Shown: positions 56,179 through 64,000 of the stretch, piece by piece
Layout of the letters: each line of letters begins with the position of its first letter
How positions within the stretch are numbered: position 1 is the stretch's first letter
Assembly: GCA_046563655.1 (NCBI GenBank)
Contig: CM102283.1
Location: 8,990,001-9,054,000 of the forward strand
DNA: 64,000 nt
Reading direction: 5' to 3'
Origin: Yuukianura sp. NJ FZ-2021
Lineage: Eukaryota
The notes under the pieces: generated by a model
The model's input: only the letters and a program-made list of their open reading frames with translations
Database searches by the model: none
Told to the model about the DNA's origin: nothing
Program-made: the position numbers and the translations under genes

Positions 56179-58117
56179 TTAGTGATGAGTGTCATGGCGG
56201 ATGTCGTCGTCTGGAGCAATTTTGTTGTCTTGGATCATAAGTTGCTCGGTTCCTTTTGGAAGGGATTTGAGTTCAGCGGAAGCACTTTTTAGCTTGTGGA
56301 GCGTCGGCAGGTCAATTCCTGGCAGCATTTCAAGGTCACCAGCATCGTCGTCATCTTCCTCCTCAAGATCAGCTCCAGTAATGGTTTCGTCTTCTTTGGA
56401 AGACAGAGTCTCCTGAAAAGTTTTTCAAAATGGGTTTTTAAAAAACAGTTTCGTTTTTTAGGATTTTTGAAAATGTTTTACAACATAGTCGCCGCCGTCA
56501 GTGTCTTGGTCGTCGTCTTTCTTTTGCTGACCGCTGCAGTCAACACAGCTACAATTTGCTATAAGTTCCACACTTTTGACAACGTAGTACCGTTCTTGTG
56601 TTTCTGCTTTTGTGCAATTCAGAGCCACCTAAGAAACATGAGGGGTGAGTTTGTTCAAATTGTTTCAAAATTTTGAATTTTGAAGAATTTTGTTTTAGTT
56701 TTTGAGTTACAGTGGTCCAAGAAGATTCGATTGGACGACAAGCATCACAGTAGGGAGCAATGACAGCATCGTCCTGCGCCCTGGGCACGCTGTAACTAAA
56801 ACAAGCTCCGAGACAAACTACGTTGTCAATCGTAAGAGGTTTGCATTCTGGATTGTGTGCAGAAATTTCTTGACGGATTTTCTCAGATTGGCACCAAGAG
56901 TGGCGTTCCGGGTAGAGAGCCAAGTTGTGCACCTTTCAAAAAAGAATCAAAAATTTAAATTTTTAGGTTGAATATTTCAAAGTTAACCTTCCACAATTGG
57001 GATACTAGGTCAAACAATTTTGTCAAAACTGATGTAAAATTTTTTTTAGTAAGTAGTTAACAGTTAGAGTGAAGTAGTTGGTGTAAGCGTCATTTAGTTT
57101 TTTGGAATGTTGAAAATTTTGAAAATGTTCAATTTTGTAAGTTTAATTCATCAGATATCATCAACGCTAGTATGGATTCTTATTGGTATTCAAATTTTGA
57201 TTGTTGCCGGAGGTGTCCAAACGTTTCGAAATTTTCAAAATACTGGAAATTTCCCGCTAAAAAGTGAAGTTGTTAATGTTGCTGAACCAAAAACGCTTTT
57301 AGAAAGTGACACTTTTGTTGGAATGTACACAAACCCGTACATCGTCACCCTCTTGTTTATGGTTCTTCCAATCATCTACGTTCTGATTGGTCTACAAGGA
57401 TTCCTCACTCTCTTTACTCCAGAAAACACTTATCCTAGCGTCGGAGGTGACAACGGACAAGATTTTGGACGCTAGCGCATGCGCAGGACGAAGTTTGGAC
57501 ACTTACACATGAGCAGAGCATTTCCTTCATTAAAGTTTATAAATAACCATAATTAAATTTTTACAAAATTATAAATAATCTTTGATTACTTTTTACAAAA
57601 TTTTTACAAAATAAATATGTTCTAGTGCTATTACTTCCGTTCTAACCTCTGAACTTTGTTTTTTCACTTCATTAAAGTTTAAAATTTGCAAAAGATGAAG
57701 TTGGAGCCGAACTTAACCTGTTTTGCAGATGACAACTAAGGAGTGTCCACTCGATACTATACAAAATATAGTACTTTTTAGTATAGTACTTTTCTATAGT
57801 CATCGACTATTAGCTAAACGCGCAAAAATTCAACCCCTGCAACATCTTCCCAACCTCTGATTAGCATATGAAGGAGAGGCTTCCAAATTAAGACCAGAGG
57901 GAACAATTTCACCCCTTAACACTTCTCTACCAACCCCTATTGTTCACAACCTCACCTCACTTTTCAAAATTTTAAAAAACTTGTTCAAAATTTCAGTTTT
58001 CAAATGTTTTCATCTCACCTTGTGACTATGTGCCCGGGAGTCGACTTGGGGCATGCGCAGTGAGAGAACCAGGAAAAGCGTCCCTCCAAAAACTAAAACC
58101 GACTCTTTCGTTTTCAT
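56179..58117 (-). CDS. NBL1: NBL1/DAN-like secreted cystine-knot BMP antagonist, 4 exons
   Basis: Signal exon 58019-58117 (MKTKESVLVFGGTLFLVLSL...HSHK) splices in frame to VHNLALYPERHSWC...CLGACFSYSVP...CDACRP...VALNC...NCSCVDC, then an acidic tail ending HH*. Confidence 0.88.
57107..57475 (+). CDS. Putative small membrane protein nested antisense in NBL1 intron 1
   Basis: 122-aa ORF with two hydrophobic segments in otherwise AT-rich intron sequence; ATTAAA/AATAAA downstream (~57529, ~57609). Start codon uncertain. Confidence 0.55.
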   Translation: MLKILKMFNFVSLIHQISSTLVWILIGIQILIVAGGVQTFRNFQNTGNFPLKSEVVNVAEPKTLLESDTFVGMYTNPYIVTLLFMVLPIIYVLIGLQGFLTLFTPENTYPSVGGDNGQDFGR

Positions 58118-59113
58118 TTTTGCTTTTCACTTTCTAGTGGTTGTCTACGTACACTTTTACTAACTTTGGTTAAACTTTTTTAAATTGTTGAAAATTGAAA
58201 TTTTGATTTTGGAATGGCGTAGGAGTGTTGAATTTAAGAAGGTGGATGTTGGAGGTGTGACGTCAAGTGGGCGAATGAAATGAATCGGCCTGTGCTCAAG
58301 AGGGAAAGATGTTGTGTGTAAAAAGATTTAATTTGAAGATGCTGGTGAGGATGGAGGTAGGGATTTGTCCATTGTTAACAGATCTCCGTCCAAGGTGTAA
58401 AGATGAGGAATAATAATAAGTTTGGTTAACCCATCCAACCTCACTTCATAGCCTCACAAAAAGACAAACAACGTCCAGGGTTATCCAGTTCAGAATTCAA
58501 ATTCAAGCGGGGATGAAATCTTCAAATCACAAAATATATGCGGAGATGGGGGATGAAAACAAGGTTTTAGTTTAGTATTTGATGGCGACTGTAAAAAATC
58601 TTGTATTCATGGAAAAATTTTGCACCGAATTTGTATCATTTTTAATAAAATTCATAATTTGTGCCAACTAAAACCGGAAATTTCAAAAACGAAATTTTAT
58701 TGTACGGAGCAATCCGAAACACCCAATTACTTCTGGATGTCCGGGGATTGACGAAATCTGAATCTGAAAAGTTTTTTCTCGAAGGTCTCTGTGTTAAGTA
58801 ACTTTGTACGGACAAATAAACGCTTCTTTTTTTGATGAATTATGAACAATAGTTTTTACACCTGTCTGTTCCTTTTACTTTTAGACCTCAACATCCGAAG
58901 TTTCAAAATTTTAAAATGTTCAGCTTTTTTTTTTGTTACGGAACTTATTTGTTACGTCGTAATTTTTAATTAAGAGCTACGGAATACCGTATTTTTATTT
59001 TATGTAAATGCATTGTACAGAAGCAAAACGTATAGATACTAGAATGTCAAAATTTCGAAAAGTTCACAAAAAATGGAAGAAAGTTTAAAAAAAAAGGCAA
59101 GACGAAAAACAAA

Positions 59114-59689
59114 TCAGCCAGTGATGCGTTTAAGGGCTTCTTGAGCCACTGTTGCTCTTTTGCTGCACATTCCGACCGTGTTGCTACTGTAAATGCCTTG
59201 ACAGCGACACACCCTTGGACTCCCTTCACAGACAGCATGCTCCACACAGGCCGATTTGTCCGTCAAACACGGACTTCCGGAACGCCCGAGACATCGGCCA
59301 CCACTGACAGGCACATTGGCCCCACCGCTGGCCCCACCGGACGTATCTGAGCTAGACGCCGGAGGTGGGGTAGTCGAAGCCCCACCCGATCCAGTGAACT
59401 TTTTAACTAGAAAGTTTCCAATAGTAGCCCGAACTCCTCCGGAACTTCCCGAGTCGGAGCCAGAAGGCAGTGACTGGACATAGACTGAGGTTGGATCACA
59501 CACGCATTTGTGGGAAATGCAAACGAGGCCTTTGTCGGTCATACATCCTTCGGCAGAGTCATTTTCCCGGAAGTAGTTTGCAATTTGCGATCGGAGTGAA
59601 CATGGCTCACCGTAATCACGCTGCCCATCAGCTAAAACAATCGACAACAATGAGAGGAACACACTAATCCTCAGAATTATCAGATTCAT
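59114..59689 (-). CDS. Secreted cysteine-rich protein (EB-module-like) with Ser/Gly-rich insert
   Basis: Signal MNLIILRISVFLSLLSIVLA; YGEPC...C...GLVC...CVC; then C.GRSGSPC...CVEHAVC...CRC...C. Single coding exon after a 5'UTR acceptor. Confidence 0.8.
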   Translation of the reverse strand: MNLIILRISVFLSLLSIVLADGQRDYGEPCSLRSQIANYFRENDSAEGCMTDKGLVCISHKCVCDPTSVYVQSLPSGSDSGSSGGVRATIGNFLVKKFTGSGGASTTPPPASSSDTSGGASGGANVPVSGGRCLGRSGSPCLTDKSACVEHAVCEGSPRVCRCQGIYSSNTVGMCSKRATVAQEALKRITG

Positions 59690-62600
59690 CTGAAAAAACA
59701 ATAGACTCTAATTACAATTTAGATTATTAAGTTAAGTTTTTAATTAAAAAGATTCAGATTATACCTTATTCCTTTTGATTTCTTTTGCAACAATGTAAAA
59801 ATTCGCAAATTATTAGAAATGGCGAATTGACTTTTGTCTTTTGTTGACGTGTTTGCTGCCCAAACGAACAAACTGGAATGGGTTGAAGGAGGTGCGAATT
59901 TGTATAGGATGACCAAGGCTAGTATATGCAAATTTATTCCCATTTGGCATAAATTTCTGCATAAAAAATTGTCAAAAAAAATTTGCTTAAAAGTGTGGCG
60001 AAGACTCCTTAAGTGTGGTTTCATTGGGCTTTATTAAATCAAATTGACTTGAGGTGTAAATTTTTTACAGTTTATGTGTATGTGTCAAATGCGACCATGA
60101 AGCTATTTTTCAAAGACTTTTTGTTTTCTACAACATTGTTTGGAGTTTTCAAGTGGCGGGAAAACTAAAAATCAGATTACTATTTGGAAAAATTTGAAAT
60201 GAACATGAGGTCATGGACCTCACGGAATTCTACTTCCTCTAAAAAGTATTTCAAATCATTTTAACTATAATCATCTTCACATTTGTATCCGTTTTATGAA
60301 TTTGTTTATTTGAATACCGCGGCAAAACATTTTATCGTTTGCTAAAAACTTGTCAACAAGTGGCGTCTGTCACGTCCGTGTTTTTGCGATGGCCATTTTT
60401 GTTCAAATAAACAATGAAGACGAATTTGGCACACCAAATTTGCAAAATTTGCAAATTTTGCACAGTTTGTAAACAATTTTGAAGGATCTTGATGATTGAC
60501 CTCAACCAATGAGGTCATCATTTCCTCTGAGGTAAACAATTGAACGACATTTTAACATAAGTTAGCATAGTGTAACATACTCGTTTATGTTTAGAAAATC
60601 GTTTGAACTCAAATCTAGGCTAATCGTTTATTTAACCCAACAACTTCTCCATCATCGGCGTCTTTCAACTTTAATAAACTTGTAAACAATGAACTCTTAA
60701 TCTCGCAAGGAAGTTTATTCAAACGAACTCACTTTGAAACAGGTTTGAAAAACTTAAAAAACTTAAATTTTCTAAACATGATGTGTCATTTTTTCTGAAT
60801 AATGTTTGTTTTAACTTTTGACATGTTGAACTGTATACAATTTCGACTTGTTTTTTTGCTCAAGTGTCATGTACATGTCGCTTTTTAAAATTGAGAGCGG
60901 TCATTGACCTCGTGGATTGATTGAGGACAATTTACAACTTACACAAAGAAGAACTAAACATCGTTATACCGGAAAAGATCAGCAAAATCAGTTTTCCACT
61001 TCCTCATGACACTGATTCAGAATCAAAGAAGGAAAAAAATTGTGCCACGAGTGCGAATTTTCCAGTCATGACAATGACCTCCGCCTCTTTCAATTTTTGC
61101 AATGAGCTCAATTTCCAAATTGCAAATTACAAATTGCAAATTGAATGAGGTCGACAGTTGCATAATGGGATCAATGAAGAGCAATTTGCAAAAACGAGGC
61201 GGAGATTTACCGTTGATCTGCAAATCTTTCATCTTCTGTACCTTGTCTGGGTCACTCCGTCTCTTCTTTCCCGCCTTATCCCGTTCAGAATCTTTGCAAA
61301 AAATTTGCACAAGATTTTGCAAAAAGTAGGTCGTTTGCCATTTCCTCTCCCCAATGACCTCAGTCACTCACTTACCTACCCCATGTGCATAACCTATTTT
61401 TTGAAAAGTAGGAAAATGGCACAAAGATTTGAAAAAAAAAAGCATTTTTACCGCTACGGGAAGATGATTCATTTTTAAATGATTTTGGGATTCGTTTTAA
61501 AGTGGGACAAAAACGTAAATGTTTTGTTTTAAACAGAACTTCTTTTTGTTTCTGTTTTTTTAAAAACATGATTTTTCTGGATTCGCATGTCAAAAACAGG
61601 TCAGTCGTGCAAAACTTGAAAAAAAGCAACAGGTTGAACGAAATGACGGCTTATTTTAGTTGCAAATTATTTTTAAATTTTGAGAATTATGTAATTAATT
61701 TTGAGAACTAAAAAGTAGAATTATGTATAATTACAATCATTACAACAAGAAGAAGACCAATTTCAAAAATTGGACTTTGATTATGAATGGTATTTTTTTT
61801 GTTCTTTTTAAAGATGAAGGTGCAAAAAGTTGATCTCGTGCTGAGATTCGGGTAGCAACAGAATGACTTTGCAAATCCTGTCTGCATCTGCTGGAAATTT
61901 TGATCATCATAATAAATTCAAAGACTTGAAATTTTTTGGAACTAAGAATGAGTCACACGCTACTGCTTTGGATTATTGCAAATAAAATCCTACGTGCGTC
62001 ATGTTTTTTTTGGAAATCCAAGTCTCTAATAAATTCGAACAATTATGTAATAAATTTCAATTGAAATTTTTATTTACCATCCGCTTTTTATAGTACAAAA
62101 ACAAAAAAATTTACTTGTTTTGTTGAAGTTCTGAAGTTCAGCTCCATAATAAAAAAAAATTAGGCTCGCTGTAAATTTTCCTACACATTTTTAAAGTAAA
62201 CTGAAAAAAAAATATCAAAATTCTAAGCTTTTTTTTAATTTTTTTTTTTTTGAATGGCGTTGATTCAATGACAAAAACTTTGGCAAAGTGAGTAGAACTG
62301 AAGGTTTGTGCTAATGATTTTTGCCATCATCTCCCAATGCACAGCATCCACTTAAAAGTTAACTCACTTCAGCATTCAAAAAGTGGAAGAGAAGAGTCAT
62401 TCAGCAGTTGCACTCCAACAGCATCGCAACAATCCACACTTTTCAGTACTTCAATATAAGACAATAAGACAAAAAAGTTGGAAATTTTGAAAAGGATTAG
62501 CATTTTTTTGAAATTTTCCAGCCACATATCAGCAATGAATCAAACGCCTTAACCACTTTCAAGTTTCAAATTTTAGTTTTGAGTGAAAAGTGAAAAAATC

Positions 62601-64000
62601 AAAAATTGTTGCAGTAGCAAAGATGCTCAAATTTGAAGGTTGAGCGACTCTCCGGAAATTGAAATTTTGATTTGGCAAGACTTCCATTTCTGCATTTTGA
62701 ATTTTGAAATTAAGTTTTCGGCGCCATAGTTTAAACGCTCCCGGGAGAGGAAATCGTCTATAACACAAATTTTGCAAATTTCACACCTAAAGTTCTATTT
62801 TTGTGCAGCACAAGAAAAAGTGACAGTGAACCTCACATTCTCCTGTTTGCTATTTTTTCAAAATCCAGTTGTTTGAACTCTCGCGGCTGTTTCGTGTGCG
62901 GTTTTGAAAGTTTGAAGCATTCAAAGTTAAAAATAGTACAAGGTGTTACTCCACACACTTTCTAGTTTCAAATTTTACAAGTCTCCAACCAAAAAATTGT
63001 GCTAAAATACACACTCGACTGAAAAACGGAAAAAGTCAGTGGTTTAGTCACTCCCTCAAACAAAGTTGCTGGAAAAAGTTGCCGTTTTTGTTGCAACTGA
63101 ATCATCGCCTGCAACTTTGCAACAAACTTCGTAGTTGCTGCAATTATTTTGTCACTTTGATTACTTCGTTGTGGCTTCAGGGAGAAAAAAGCTACAAAGT
63201 TGCACTGTGGAAACTAAATATTTTTGTGACGTGCTCGGCAGCAGATTGCAAATTGCAAACCTTGAACATTTGACATTGGCATTTGCCTCTACGAACTTCA
63301 TCTTTGAAAAAAAAACAGCTTGTTTAGTTCAACTTTCAAAAAAAAATTTGATTCCAGTCAGCTCAGCATTTGAACTTTTCTACACACGATTCATCATTTC
63401 AAAAAAAAAGTAATTAAAAATGATAATTTCCAAAGATCTACTCGTGCTCGGAGATTATCTGCGACTTCCCAAGAGCAGTGAAGCAGCATCTTTGCGGTAA
63501 AACACAAAACTACTTCTATTTTTTCAAAAAATTTTGGCATCTTCAAATTTTCAAAAAATTTGTCAACAGTTCGTTTTCCTATTTCAAAATTTTGAAACAG
63601 CGGTTTCTGTTACGCAAGAAAAAGAGAAAAAGGTGAACGACCTTTTTAATTGGTTTGTTTTTCAAAGAATTTTTTTTGCAAAACGATGATCTCTCCCCCT
63701 TTCGCTTCATAAAAGTCTTTTTGAAAACAGTAAACGGAAAGCGTTTCGCAACTGCGAAAAGTACATCACAGAGTGAATGGAAATTTGCAATTTTTTGCAA
63801 TTTGTTTTTGCAAAGGGGACCCCTTATGTCAACCACATGAGAAACCTTTTGTGTGCGTAAAATTCTTCAAACGGCGTCTAGAATTACATCGTGGGACCCT
63901 TATTTTTGCAATTTTTTTTGCACGTTTTCATTTCGGTTCAAACAAAGCGTCCATGATGCTTTTTTGCAAATTGGAAAAAGGGACGCCAAAGGGAAGCGTT

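Noticed and set aside
60000-64000. Short ORFs and recurring TTGCAA motifs
   Set aside because: Low-complexity AT-rich sequence with no coherent gene model or regular repeat period.

Overview
Eukaryotic, AT-rich, gene-dense arthropod DNA with many short (mostly ~55-100 nt) GT-AG introns. The gene content and intron style suggest a collembolan-like hexapod (inference). About 14 protein-coding genes can be read: two very divergent ABCA transporters, a non-canonical P2C (Na,K-ATPase alpha-like) pump, an orphan membrane protein, a gustatory-receptor-like 7TM gene, a secreted lipocalin-like/Gly-rich/CAP fusion, two tandem small membrane-protein paralogs, Munc18/Rop, WDR33, lipin (with a duplicated alternative last exon), NBL1/DAN (with an antisense ORF nested in its first intron) and a secreted Cys-rich protein. 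Non-autonomous DNA transposons are common: a TTAA-flanked MITE, a HINE-like element, MULE-type foldbacks, a mariner MITE and a hAT derivative carrying a palindromic 35-bp minisatellite. A 4.3-kb TIR element encloses a 3.15-kb 12-bp satellite with higher-order structure. The most notable observations are the rewired ion-binding sites of the P2C pump, degenerate ATPase motifs in both ABCA genes, transposons that carry tandem arrays, and the lipocalin-like/CAP fusion. Exon boundaries were read by eye and are approximate. No CRISPR, tRNA or rRNA was recognised, and 60-64 kb has no convincing gene.
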